This document shows, in pieces, positions 14,101 through 27,433 of a DNA stretch of 64,000 nucleotides; positions within the stretch are counted from its first letter, which is position 1, and every line of letters starts with the position of its first letter. The notes under the pieces were generated by a model. The model saw only the letters and a program-made list of their open reading frames with translations. It had not been told where the DNA came from and searched no databases. Source of the stretch: Octopus sinensis (lineage: Eukaryota); contig NC_043011.1 in the NCBI RefSeq assembly GCF_006345805.1, forward strand, positions 1,178,001 through 1,242,000, in the 5' to 3' direction. Position numbers and translations under genes: made by a program.

Positions 14101-14552
14101 AAAGATGCCTCTCATTTACTTGGCAATTTATGCACCACATTGCAGAAATCACAATGTAAATGTATGTCAAAGTAAACTGTTACACTGTTGTACCATTGAA
14201 TTACAAATAATGCTCATCTTTTATGCTCGAGTAACCCTACAACTTTCAAGAGCACAACTGTATTCGTTTTTGCTTAGATAAAATGACAAAATTATGGGTG
14301 TTAAGTCCCCATGGAGGGATCTTTGTAACTTGTAAGATGATGAAATTTTATAAATATTACTTCATTTGTGTCTAATATCTATGGTTAAAATTTCATCAAC
14401 AGTAAAGATTTATGAATTGTCATGGGGTTTATGGCCCTTGTGCATAGAATATAATTTCCAAATTTCATAAAGATCCATTCAGTACTTTTGACCTAGTTTT
14501 GGATCATAAAAGAAATGACTAAAATTTAGGAGTTAAGGCCCCCATTAGAGTG

Positions 14553-14615
<63 letters not shown>

Positions 14616-14619
<4 letters not shown>

Positions 14620-14719
14620 CTGCTTGCTTAGCCAGCGGGGTGGCGTCATTTGAAGGCTAAAACATTGCGAAGCACATTGTGACCAGCGATGTGTAACAAC
14701 ATCTGATAGCCTGATCGGT

Positions 14720-14726
<7 letters not shown>
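14616..14726 (+). mobile_element. Solo C2 SINE tail inside (TA)n
   Basis: Matches the reverse complement of 25566-25683. Confidence 0.8.
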
Positions 14727-14798
<72 letters not shown>

Positions 14799-14949
14799 TA
14801 TATAACACCCTAATGAGGGCCTTAACACCCAAGTTTTAGTAATTTCTTTATATCTATATCCATATATAAATATAGATACACACACACACACACACATACA
14901 AAGATAAATTGATAGATACAACTGAGTGGGCAAACAAAAATATGAGACA

Positions 14950-15291
14950 CAGCCTAGTGCTTTTTATAATGTTGATAAGCCTGGTACTTATTCTATCAGT
15001 TTGTTCTTGTGAAACCAGTAAGTTATGGGGATGTAAATAAATGAACACCAGTTGTGAAGCAGTGATGAAGGCGAAACACAGAGACAAAGACACACACATA
15101 CACTTACATATATACATACACATATATATACAATTGATTTCTTTCAGTTTCTCTCTACAAAATCCACTGACAAGGCTTTGGTTGGCCTGAGGCTATAGCA
15201 GAAGACACATACGAAGTTACCATACAGTGGGACTGAACTGAGGACCTTGTGTTTTGGAACCAAGTTTGTTACCACACAGCCACACCTGCGC
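14950..15291 (-). mobile_element. SINE A
   Basis: Diverged reverse-complement copy. Confidence 0.8.
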
Positions 15292-15294
15292 CTA

Positions 15295-15379
15295 TGTATG
15301 TGTGTGTGGGTGTGTGTATGTGTGTATATATGTATGCATGTATATATGTGCATATATATGTGTACATATTACATGTACA

Positions 15380-15442
<63 letters not shown>

Positions 15443-15452
15443 CTCCACATGC

Positions 15453-15491
<39 letters not shown>

Positions 15492-15730
15492 TCCACATGC
15501 ATGCATATATATACATCTATATCTATAGAAATACATCTATACATATACATGTATATATACATGTATATATACATGTATATATATATATACATGTATATAT
15601 ATATATACACATCTAAATAGAAATTTAAAATAATAAGGGTGAAAAATTGAATATCAATTTGATTAATATGAATTGAAAATATGTATGCATGTATATATGT
15701 GTATATATATGTGTACATATTACATGTACA

Positions 15731-15768
<38 letters not shown>

Positions 15769-15866
15769 TACACATATACAGCTATACATATACATGTATA
15801 CATATACACCTATATATACACACATCTATATGTATACATCTATATATATACATCTATATGTATACA
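15295..15866. repeat. Compound TA/CA-rich microsatellite field with an internal ~60-bp duplication
   Basis: TATGTATGCATGTATATATGTG..CATATTACATGTACATCTATA at ~15330 and ~15681. Confidence 0.9.
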
Positions 15867-15989
15867 TAGCGGATCTTCTTCTAGCAAAATGGATGTCCAC
15901 TGTTAATGGTTCATCCCTGTTATATAATAGCTTCACTTTATTAGTTTCAGTATTAAAGTGAAAGTATCTGACATTACAATAGCGAGATG

Positions 15990-16203
15990 TTTTTGTTTCA
16001 CTTTTAACACGTAATACTGAAGAAGATATGATATTGCTGTGGGCCCGCCCTAGGCAAGAAGTTAAATATTTCTTTTGCCCATGACACTACATGGGCTCTA
16101 AGTAAGACATGTGTAAAATTTGAATGAAATTGGTTGTGTAGTTCTCAAGTTTTAGGGATTCACACAGACAGACAGACACACATTCTCAGTTTTATATATA
16201 TAG
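15990..16203 (+). mobile_element. Helitron/Helentron-associated (HINE-like) 3' fragment
   Basis: AAATTTGAATGAAATTGGTTG..GTAGTT, (ACAG)n, then TTTTATATATATAG, typical of HINE/DINE-like ends. Confidence 0.45.
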
Positions 16204-16930
16204 CTTAACAGAGGAATATTTAATTAGATTAAAATGCATTTTTATGTAGGCTAGGATCTAATATAAGTATAATTGTTTAAAGAGATGAGAACTTGTTTTG
16301 CATGATTTGTTAAGTATGAAAAGTATGCCATGAGAAAAAGTACAACTTGTTTTTCAAGTAATACTCATTATTTAAAAAGAATTATTTATAATTTCTCAAT
16401 AAAGTGTTTTGAACAAAATTTTGAAGTGTTTCTTCTTGTCACAGCTGCTGAAAGACATTCCCTTTTATTATTTATTATAAGAAAATCTGATTCACAGTGA
16501 AAACAATTTCGCATCGTACTAGATAAGTAAATCACAATTCAAACAGTAATGCCAGTATGTTGCAATACACAACAAAGAAGACTATTCTACTGATAGAAGT
16601 ATGAAGGAGAAAGCATTTTTAAATCTCTCTTCTAATTACATATAATGTGTATGTATGTGTATATACATTTATTTATCACCAACTTCATCATCATTGTAAA
16701 TTTCCACTTTCCATACTTGTATGATTCACACAGAATATATTAAAGTAGATTTTCTATAGCTGGATGCTCTTCTAGTTGCCAACCTAATTCTCCCCAAACC
16801 AGTCATTTTTTGTGGAAAATTGGAAATAAACAACACCTGTTGCACAATAGTGACACGTGTTTACAACTATCATGTAATGTCAATGCAAGGAGATCGTAAT
16901 GCACACACATACTCATGCATACATACATAC

Positions 16931-17308
16931 ATTATTATGGCTGCCCCCTTGTTATCGAGTATGGCCATTGCACGAAGCTTAACTGTTACTGGTGCCGTGA
17001 TCAAATGTGACTTTTTAGCCCAGCTAAAGATCTACAATGTCTTGTACAGAATTGGCCACTAAAACCTTTACCAGTAATAGCCGGCTGTAGTTGTAACTGG
17101 GCTTCATTTACCTTTGCATGTCGTTTAAGTCCTCCTGCCGAATTACACTCTCTTCCACATGCCTGACAGATATGATTAGTATGGTATGTTACACCACCAC
17201 CACCAGTGGCCAAGTAGTCACTCATCTGTCTCACTTTATGACTACGAAGATGACTCTTGAGTCCAGCTTTATTGAGGCAGAGTCTTGCACAGACATTGCA
17301 TGTCAACA
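16931..17308 (-). mobile_element. LINE 3' end (RTE-like) encoding three C2H2-type fingers
   Basis: CNVCARLCLNKAGLKSHLRSH, CQACGRECNSAGGLKRHAKV and (S)GQFCTRHCRSLAGLKSHI, followed by a short 3' UTR and tail. Confidence 0.65.
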
Positions 17309-18297
17309 TCATACATACATACATACATACATACATACATACACAGGTACGTACATATGTACATATATACATACATATACATGCATACAAACATACACTC
17401 GCTCACACACACATAACATTCTGCTTTCAATTTCTGTCTACCAAATCCACTCACATGGATTTAGACTGTCTGGGCTATAGAAGAGGACACCTGCTCAGGT
17501 GCCACGCAGTGCTAGATCTTACAGCCACTGGATTGCAACACCAAGCAGAGCACAACTCTGCAGAGCGCTTTAGTTTTATTAACAAAGCAAAAGAAAATAC
17601 AACTCCTTTACACTTTAAGGAAGTAAAAAAAAAATGGCATCCAACTGTAAGCTAGAATAATTTTATCAACTGAACAATCCCATTCTTCCAGTATGAAAAA
17701 ACATGGATCTACAGCAGAGAGAATAATGTAAACAACACAAGATCTCAAAATAAATTTTGTACACGTACTTAATGACATTGTGTATTTATCATGAATATAT
17801 TTAAGATATTGTGTGTGTGTGTGTGTGTGTTTTGCACTGTTACGCTGTCTTTCTCATTCACAATACTTTTCAACACATTCCAAAAACAAATTCTCTTTAG
17901 AATAAATGTTTACAATTTTAAGAAGTTATATTGCAAATTTACATGAAATCATCATTTCGTTTAATGATAAAAAAAAAAGAAAAGAGAAAAAAGTGACAGG
18001 CTTGCAGTCATAGCATTTGATAGTTGAATTATAATTTGAGTTCAGTCAGTAAAGAATACTGAAAGGAACCAAAAAATATTTTCAATTCTAATGCTGCGTT
18101 TTAACTTAAACTTGGTTTTGGGAATCAGTTATCCTACATTGTTGGCAATAGTTTATGTAAGTTAATTTTTCTGAGTATTTTTTCTATGGATTATTCAAAG
18201 GGAAGTTTCTAAGACTATGGCTTTGCAGATCCTTTCCACCAAGATTATCTTTTATTTGTGTTTAATTCTTATAATGTGAAAGCAGTGGTATTTTATT

Positions 18298-18328
<31 letters not shown>

Positions 18329-19035
18329 GTCAGAAGAGAAACAAGATACAGCAAATGAGAAATTCAAACCATTTCAATAGTTGAAGATAAAAATTTGCTT
18401 CACTATAATGAAGAAGACTAAAAAGTTTAGCACTTAGGAAAATGAAAATTAAAACATTTTAACTTCCTTTTGTTCAGCTTCAGGCCAACACTGGCTGATC
18501 ATATATATGATAAAAGATATTGAAGATATGATTATCAGATTTTTGTTTCAGGGATAATGTATCCAGAATTACATTAACTTTCTGGGAACATACTACACTC
18601 AAGATCAGAGGTATCACAAAATGAAATAAATTAACAAAATAGTTAAATTCAGGCCTTGATGCAGATTTACAATTGAATTTTATGATGTCCATGTTAGAAT
18701 ATTTAGTCAGTTAAAGCAAAATAAAATGTTCACATTTTATATTACTTCAGAAATACAAGAAATATTAAATCAATAAATTGTCTGCATTGATATATCAATG
18801 TCTGCTGAATTTAATTGCTTTAAAATATGTATAATATTGGACTTCTAAATATATTTCTGTAAACTGGAGCAGCACTACTTGAATTTAAACCAGCGATATA
18901 AGTAAATCATAAGCTCTGGCTGATAATTTTTCAAGACTATGTGAAGAATTTCTTTCTTTTAGTCATTAAATCTTTGCTACATAGCTATTACCTATCTACT
19001 CAGTTCCCAGTCTGTTGCTTTTCATAAAAATCAGA

Positions 19036-19433
19036 TTCTCTTTACTCTTTATTTGTTTCAGTCATTTGACTGCAGCCATGCTGGAGCACCGCCTTTAGTC
19101 GAGCAAATCGACCCCAGGACTTATTCTTTGTAAACCTAGTACTTATTCTATCAGTCTCTTTTGCCGAACCACTAAGTTACGGGGACGTGAACACACCAGC
19201 ATCTGTTGTCAAGCGTTGCTGTGGGACAAACACAGACAAACATATACACACACATACACATATATATACATATACGACGGGCTTCTTCCAGTTTCCATCT
19301 ACCAAATCCACTCACAAAGCTTTGGTCGGCCCGAGGCTATCGTAGAAGACACTTGCCCAAGGTGCTATGCAGTGGGACTGAACCCGGAACCATGTGGTTG
19401 GTAAGCAAGCTACTTACCACACAGCCACTCCTA
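19036..19433 (-). mobile_element. SINE A
   Basis: Full-length reverse-complement copy. Confidence 0.9.
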
Positions 19434-20069
19434 TGGCTAATCAAAATTGAGCAGAACTGTGTTCAAAGGCATTTCATAAGACTGCATTATCTAAAGAGTC
19501 CTTTCTTTTTTAAGATAACAGTATTATTTCAGGGCGATTTGTCTGCTATTTCTAGTCATTTGAGTTATTGCATCTTCCTCTATTTGTCAGTCTAATGTAA
19601 TGTGAATGGACCAGAGTGATGTACAGCATGGAATAGTAAGAAAAAGTTATATAATGAAATTGAAACAATTACACTGAAGATGAATCATTTAATTATTTTA
19701 AAAACTCCAAGTATGCTTTATTCATTTATATTTCGTTTTTAGTACAACTGCTTATTATGAAGTGTGAAGAAGTGTTGTTGCACTTTCATAACCTTACGCC
19801 AAATAAAAATTCATCTACACGGCACTAGTGATAGAAAATATCTAAATGATGACAGGTTATTTTTACACTTCTCTTCTATATATAGCAATACCTTCAAAAG
19901 ACTAAATTTCTGTAAGCAGTAAGTAAACTGTTTTTCAGTGAAAGCTTTAACTTTAAAAAGAAGACATTTATACAGCTAATTTATAACCACTTTTATATTT
20001 GGGGTTTAAATAGACAACTTTTGTTGCAGTAATAACATTTTGAATCTGATAGATGCCATTACTAAAGTT

Positions 20070-20390
20070 CATCATCATCATCGTTTAACGTCCGCTTTCC
20101 ATGCTAGCATGGGTTGGATGATTTTCACTGAGGGCTGGCGAACCAGATGGTTGCACCAGGCTCCAATCTTGATTTGGCAGAGTTTCTACAGCAGGATGCC
20201 CTTCCTAATGCCAACCACTCCGAGAGTGTAGTGGGTGCTTTTTACGTGCCACTGGCACGGGGGCCAGTCAGGCAGCACTGGCAATGACCTCACTTGAATC
20301 CTTTTACACATGCCACCAGCACAAGTGCCAGTAAGGCGACTTTGGTAACGATCACGTTCGAATGGTGCTCTTTTACATGCCAGTAGCATG
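20070..20390 (-). mobile_element. Solo RTE 3' UTR with subrepeats
   Basis: CATCATCATCGTTTAACGTCCGC tail and GGTGCTTTTTACGTGCCAC subrepeats shared with 28461-28880. Confidence 0.8.
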
Positions 20391-20674
20391 TAAAGATATA
20401 ATTTGAAAAACAGAAGAATATTAAATATATAGAAAATATAACCAAAGCTAATTATGACAAAGTCACAAGCTAATTCGAACTACATCAATAAAAGAGACAT
20501 ACCTGGATTGAAGCTATACAGCAATATACTGAGAAGCAGCTGATAGAGACACTGGCAGGTCTAAATTAATGTCTTTGCATGTTGCTCAAAAGTTTAGAAT
20601 GTAAATTACACATTGCTTATTAAACTACACTAGATAAAGACACTGCTTGCTTTAAATTATACTTTAGTATATAG

Positions 20675-21074
20675 AGGCGCAGGAGTGGCTGTGTGGTAAG
20701 TAGCTTGCTTACCAACCACATGGTTCCGGGTTCATTCCTACTGTGTGGCACCTTGGGCAAGTGTCTTCTACTATAGCATCAGGCTGACCAAAGCCTTGTG
20801 AGTGGATTTGGTAGATGGAAACTGAAAGAAGCCCGTCGTATATATGTGTATATATATATATATGTATGTGTCTATATTTGTGTGTCTGTGTTTGTCTCTC
20901 CAACATCGCTTGACAACTGATGCTGGTGTGTTTACGTCCTCGTAACTTAGCGGTTTGGCAAAAGAAACTTATAGAATAAGTACTAGGCTTACAAAGAATA
21001 ATTTCTGGGGTCGATTTGCTCGACTAAAGGCGGTGCTCCAGCATGGTCGCAGTCAAATGATTGAAACAAGTAAA
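20675..21074 (+). mobile_element. SINE A
   Basis: Full-length copy inside the 37-bp satellite. Confidence 0.9.
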
Positions 21075-21094
21075 GTGAGGCTTGCCTTATTTAA

Positions 21095-21266
21095 CCCTTT
21101 ACTTGAATTGATCATGCATATACTGTAGATTTGAGATTTCAATGACATGATTGTTTATTTTCAGAATGGCATTGTTGGGTAGGTGTAAGAGGCCAGATAT
21201 GGCTAATTTGAAGATAAAACAGGTAGATTATTCAGGCCAGATACGACTGATTTAAATGCTAAAGGC
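21095..21266. mobile_element. piggyBac-type MITE (second family, decayed)
   Basis: TTAA-CCCTTTA ... TAAAGGC-TTAA. Confidence 0.65.
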
Positions 21267-21560
21267 TTAAATGAAACCACAATATACAGAGACACTACTA
21301 ATTCTAAGTTGAACAACAATAAACAGCAGACATCACTTGTTCTAAAATAAAGCAAAATATAGTGTCCTTTCCTGTCCTACATTAATGCAAAATCAAAAGA
21401 GAAACTGCCCTTTCTAAATGAAACAGAGAACAGTTTGCTTTTGCTAATTTAAACTACTGTATACAGAGGCACTACTTCTATTTTGTGTAAAGTGACACTG
21501 CCTGTTTAAATTTAAACTGTAGAAGTGACCTGCCTGTTCCAAATTAAACAACTACATACA

Positions 21561-22008
21561 TTCTTTTCTACTCTAGGCACAAGGTTCGAAATTTTGGGGG
21601 AGGGGGCTAGTTGATTAGATCAACCCCAGTATGCAACAGGTACTTAATTTATCAACCCTGAAAGGATGAAAGGCAAAGTCGACCTCAGCAGAATTTGAAC
21701 TCAGAATGTAAAGACAGACGAAATACCATAAAGCGTTCCACCCGGCATGCTAATGTTTCTGCCAGCTCGCTACCTTATTTCTTTATTGCCCACAAGAAGC
21801 TAAACATAGAGGAGACAAACAAGGACAGACAAAGGGATTAAGTTGATTACATCGACTCCAGTGCATAACTGGTACTTAATTTATTGACCCTGAAAAGATG
21901 AAAGGCAAAGTCAACCTTCGTGGAATTTGAACTCAGAATGTAACAGCAGACGAAATACCGCTTAGCATTTCACCCGGCATACTAATGTTTCTGCCAGCTC
22001 GCTACCTT
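21561..22008 (-). mobile_element. Head-to-tail SINE B dimer (two different tails)
   Basis: Units 21561-21778 and 21779-22008, flanked by one imperfect direct repeat TTAAACAACTA(C/T)AT(A/G)CATT. Confidence 0.85.
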
Positions 22009-23013
22009 AAACAACTATATGCATTGATATCTCCTATTCTAAATTTCACTAACATGAAGAGACACAGTAAGTTCTAAATTAAACTACAATGTATTGTGAC
22101 ATTGCCTGTTCTACTTGTTCTAAAAGGAATTGTAATATGAAGCAGCACTACTGGTTGTAAATGAAACTACAATATACAGAAAATACTGCCTATCCTAAAT
22201 TAAACAACAGTTAATAGACACTGCATTTTTAAAATTAAAATATAGCATACTAAGACTCTATCTGTTCAAAATTAAACTGTAATATGTAGAATCTTAGCAT
22301 TTTCTAGCTTCAGTTACAGATTACTGAGATATTGCTAGTTCTAATTTAAGCTACGAAAAACAAGCAATGCTGCTTGTTGTAAATTAAACTATAATCTATA
22401 GTGCCATTGCATGCTCTACATTAAACTACAATGAACATGTGATTACATATTCTGAATTAACCTGCCATATTGAGATAGACTGACTATCCTAAATTAAACG
22501 GCAGTCAACAGTGACCATGCCACTTCTAAATTTAACAATAGTGAAGAGAAATAGTGCTTGTTGTAAACTGAATGATAATAACAATGCTTTTTCTAAATTA
22601 AAAAAAATATATATACAAATACAATATCTGTTCTAAATTCTACATAGACTGTCTCTCCAAAATTAATATTCAACGAACAGAGACAGTGGTATTGTAAATT
22701 AAAATTACAATATATAAAATCACTACCTGTTCTAAATTAAATGACAATCAGCAGAGATGCTGCCTCCTCTGGATTTAACTATGAGGAAGTGACAATGCCT
22801 GTCTAAATTAAAGGATACTCACAGCGACCTTCCTACATTAAGTAAAAATGAGAAAGACTTGTGTCTTCTAAAATGAAAACTATATCATACAGTGACACCA
22901 CTGTGTCTAATCAAATTAAACTACAATATGTACTATTGCAGCAGGGAAGGTGTTTATAAGCCATTTAAGAAACACACAAACCCGTTAGATTCACTTCAAC
23001 ATTTAAATTTAAT

Positions 23014-23062
23014 TTGTCAAAATATTTTTGTCGCTTTGAGACCACGACCTGTTCACTGACAA
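23014..23062 (-). ncRNA. Putative minimal hammerhead, G3-C8 core variant (decayed), within a ~150-bp insertion in the satellite
   Basis: Minus strand reads TTGTCA-GTGAACA-G-GTCGT-GGTCTCAAA-GCGAC-AAAA-ATATT-T-TGACAA: 6-bp stem I, 5-bp stem II, palindromic AATATT stem III. One CpG-type transition restores GAAA. Confidence 0.55.
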
Positions 23063-23840
23063 AGCTTTGTGCTGCATCTGAGAAAGTAACAGTTAGTTCA
23101 TGATATATATGTATGTATGTATGTGTGTATGTACGTGTGTGTATGTATGTATGTATGTATATATATATACTCTCTTCTCTAAATTAAATTACAGTGAGAA
23201 GACATTGTTTGTACTTACTAGACTACAATATACAGAAGTACAGCCAGTTTTAAATGAAACTACAATATAGAATTAATCAAAATTAAACTCCACTATACAA
23301 AAATATTACCTGTCCTAAATTAAACCAGAATGAACAAAGGTGCAACCTCTTTGAAATTAAATTAAATATCAGGGAACTGCTTGTTCTAAAATGAACTACA
23401 ATAGAGACAAGCCTATTGTAAATGAAACTTCAATATACAGAGATATTGTGTGTAACCAAATTTAACTACAGTATATGGAGACACTATACAAAGACACTGC
23501 ATTTTCTAAATTAATTTACAACATAAAATTACTGCCTGTTCTAAATTTTACAGCAATGAACAGAGGTACTGTTTTTTACTTTAAAGAAAACTATAACACT
23601 GCCTGTTCTAAATTAACATACCATGTGTGCAGACAGTGCTTGTTCTAAATAAAAGTACAATATGAAGAGACATTGTTTAAACTGAATTACAATATATATT
23701 GGTACTGCTAGTTGTAAATGAACCTAATGGATAAAGACTGCCTATCCTAAATTAAGCTACAATAAAAGGAAGTGTCTGTTCTAAATTAAAGTACAATATA
23801 TAGAGATACTGTTTTAAACTAAACTATATTATATAGACAC

Positions 23841-24077
23841 CGTTAAGGCGGCGAGCTGGCAGAAACGTTAGCATGCCGGGCAAAATGCATAACCGTATTT
23901 CGTCTGCCATTATGTTGTGAGTTCAAATTCCGCCGAGGTCGACTTTGCCTTTCATCTTTTCGGGGTCGATAAGTAAAGTACCAGTTACGCACTGGGGTCG
24001 ATGTAATCGACTTAATCCGTTTGTCTGTCCTTGTTTTTCCCCTCTGTGTTTAGCCCCTTGTGGGTAGTAAAGAAATA
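23841..24077 (+). mobile_element. SINE B
   Basis: 16-bp TSD TATATTATATAGACAC (23825-40 / 24078-93). Confidence 0.92.
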
Positions 24078-25539
24078 TATATTATATAGACACTGCCTGT
24101 TCTTAATTTCACTTCAATGTACAGAGGAATTGTGTGTTTTAAATTTAACTTCAATTAACAGACATACTGCCTGTACTAAGTTAAACTACAATGTGTAACT
24201 ACACTTCCTGTTTTAAATTAAATAGCAACAAATACAAATTCTGCCTTGTAAATTAAACTACAACATATGGTAACACTGTCTCTTTTAAATTAATATGATG
24301 AAAAAAAGAGGAACTGCTTGTTCCAATTTTAAATGCAATGATTAGAAAACTATTCTGAAGTACGGTACAATATACAAAGATTCTGTCCACCCTATATTTA
24401 ACTAAAATAGAGACACTATCTATTTAAATTAAGATCCAGTATACAGAGATACTGCATGTTTTATTTTCAATTAACAGGTACACTACCTGTACTAAGTTAA
24501 ACGACTTTCAGGCCAATAAATTAAGTACCAGTTGCATGCTGGGTTAGATCTAATCGACTGGCCCCTTCCGCAAACATTTCAGGCCTAGAGTAGAAGAGGT
24601 TATCATACTTGTGGTATTGTTTGTTGCCAGTCTTCCATGACAAAAAAAAAAAAAATGTATGGCAATAGGGAAGTATTAGCTTGCTTGGAAACAGGTAAGG
24701 GTTGGCAACAGAAAGGGCATCCAGCCATAGAAAAATCTGTCTTAATAAATTCTGTCTGATCATACAAGCATGGTAAAATAAATGTTAAATGATGATGGTG
24801 GACAGACACTACCAGTGCAAGATTAATCTACAATATACAGAAATGCTGTTGTATAATTTATAGAGACATAACTTGTTTAAATTAAGCTATGATAAATTAA
24901 ACAGTTGCAGAGTTGCTGTCAGTTCTAAAATGAAAAAAAAAAAAAACAATATAAAAAGACATTGCTTGTTCTAAATTAAATAACAAAATATTGAGCCACT
25001 TACTGTTCTAAATTAAAATAAAATAAAGTACAATTTAGAAACACTACTTGTCTAAAGGAGGCTACAATATGTGGGCATTGCCTGTCCTATACTAAACCAC
25101 AATGAACAGTGACACTGATTGTTCCAAATTAATCTAAAATATACAGACACTGCCTCTTCTAAATACAAATGTTATATGTTTAGATACTACCTGATCTAAA
25201 TTAAACTACCATTATATAGTATTACTGCGTTTCTTAAATTTCAATTCAATGCACAGGTATACTGCCTGTCATTAATTTAATTGATATATAGTGAGACATT
25301 GTTATTTGTTAAATCACAGAGACACTATCTTTTCTAAAATAAAGGACCAGCTTGTTCTAAGTTAAACTACAATGTAGAGCGACGCAGTCTATTTTAAATC
25401 AAACTGTGGACACAAAGACATTGCCTGTTCTAAATGAAACTATTTGCATTGTAGCACATACAGACATAGTATTTGTTCTTGAATGAATTACAATGGCGAG
25501 AGATATTGCCTGATCTAAATTAAACTATATAATAATTAT

Positions 25540-25565
<26 letters not shown>

Positions 25566-25572
<7 letters not shown>

Positions 25573-25871
25573 ATCACGTGACCGACCAGACCATCAGATG
25601 TTGTTACACATCGCTGGTCACAATGCGTTCACATTATTTTAGCCTTCGAATGACACCACCCCGCTGGCTAAGCGAGCAGGCCAACAGAAGAAAGAGTGGG
25701 AGAAAGAGTGGTGAAAGAGTACAGCAGGGATCACCACCCCCTGCCGGAGCCTCGTGGAGCTTTTAGGTGTTTTTGCTCAATAAACACTCACAACGCCCGG
25801 TCTGGGAATCGAAACCGCGTTCCTGCGACCGCGAGTGCGCTGCCCTAACCACTAGACCATTGTGCCTCCAC
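25566..25871 (-). mobile_element. SINE family C, alternative tail type C2
   Basis: Same head as C1 up to CTCTTTCTCCCACTCTT, then an unrelated tail ending GGTCACGTGATCACGTGA; flanked by (TA)n. Confidence 0.88.
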
Positions 25872-26040
<169 letters not shown>

Positions 26041-27232
26041 CCCATCTGTTCTAAATTAAATTTCAATAGGTTGGAACAATGGCTGCTGTAAATTAATCTT
26101 ACAAATGTAATGTTAGTACTGTATTGCCCCTTCTCCTCTCACCACCTCTCTCTCTCCACTATCTGTACTAATGAACTTCTTTAAACAGAAACAGTTACCG
26201 TATTGAATTGTGTGATTCTAAACTTCAATACTGTAAAATGCATTTCATATCAGTTATGTTAACATCTGCAAACCGGTGTCTTTTCATAGGAAACAGCTGT
26301 TTAGATTTGCATTAGCTGTTGATTCTGTTGTATATTTTCTTGACTGCTTTTGTTATTCCAACACTTTGATTGTGTATGTTTACATGAATTGGTAAATAAA
26401 TTTGATACAATCACATTTCTTTTAAACTTGAATAAAAGAATGTACACGCATATAACGGCTGAGAGCAATAAGATTTGTAGAAGAGAGATTTTAAATTTCT
26501 CAAATGTTCAACACTGTTATTTTGAAAAGAAACAATATTTTGTAGTCTTTGTGTTTGTGATAGATATTTGCAATATGAATAAATTAATCATAATGGATGT
26601 TTAAGAAACATAACAATCAGTGTTTAGATAAATTACTGTATTAAACATAATTTAAAATCAATATTAATGCAACAGACATTGTCATTGAAAGCGGATTTTT
26701 TTCTCTTTCATTTGAGAAAAAGACTAAAAATTAAGGAAAGCTTTATATTGTTCCAGTAACAAAAATGTGATAATTCAAAGATAAGTATATTGGATGTTCT
26801 AACAACAAACATTAATCTTTAATTGAAAATAGTTTTTCAGCCAACCAAATGTGAATCATTATCAACATCAAGATCAACTCTATCATTAACAAGATCATCA
26901 TTGCCATTGTCACCATTTCTGCCTCCTTAATCATTGTTAGCACAGTTTCCCTTCTTGCTATCATAAATCATTATCTGCGGAAATACTCTCCTGAAAGATA
27001 ATAGTGATGGATCTACGATAAAATATAAAATTACTCTTCATCTAAATTAATTCTTGTGAAATACCTTTTTTATGAACAATTGCACATTGAATAAGTGTGT
27101 GTGTGTGTGTGTGTGTGTGCGCGTGTGTGTGTGTGTGTGTATGTAAGTGTGTGTATGTGTGTGTGTATATGTGTGTGTATATGTGTGTGTATGTGTGTGT
27201 GTGTATGTGTGTGTGTGTGTGTTTGTCTAGAC

Positions 27233-27433
27233 CAGTGGTTTTCAACAGGGTTCCACCAGTACAGTCCAGGGGTTCTGCAAGAAGTTACTAAAACTGCTAC
27301 AATCGGCAGTAATTTTTAAGTCTCCTGTGCAGATAAGTGTGCATAAGACTATTAAATTATTGCACAGGGGTTCCTTGAGCCAGTGGAATGTCTCCTTGGG
27401 GTTCCGCTCCTGCAAAAGGGTTGAAAAGCACTG
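27233..27433. mobile_element. hAT-type MITE (201 bp)
   Basis: TIRs CAGTGGTTTTCAA / TTGAAAAGCACTG; 8-bp TSD GTCTAGAC at 27225-32 and 27434-41. Confidence 0.9.

Noticed and set aside
13533-14281. 85-89 aa ORFs as a transposase remnant
   Set aside because: No catalytic or Rep/helicase motif could be recognised.
14854-15961. Many overlapping 60-170 aa ORFs (poly-YI, CV, poly-L/Y/V; also near 3742, 8247, 25852, 27042, 37413)
   Set aside because: Translations of di- and trinucleotide microsatellites that lack stop codons; not genes.
18480-18692. 70-aa minus-strand ORF with ordinary composition
   Set aside because: No recognisable domain and no convincing splice sites.
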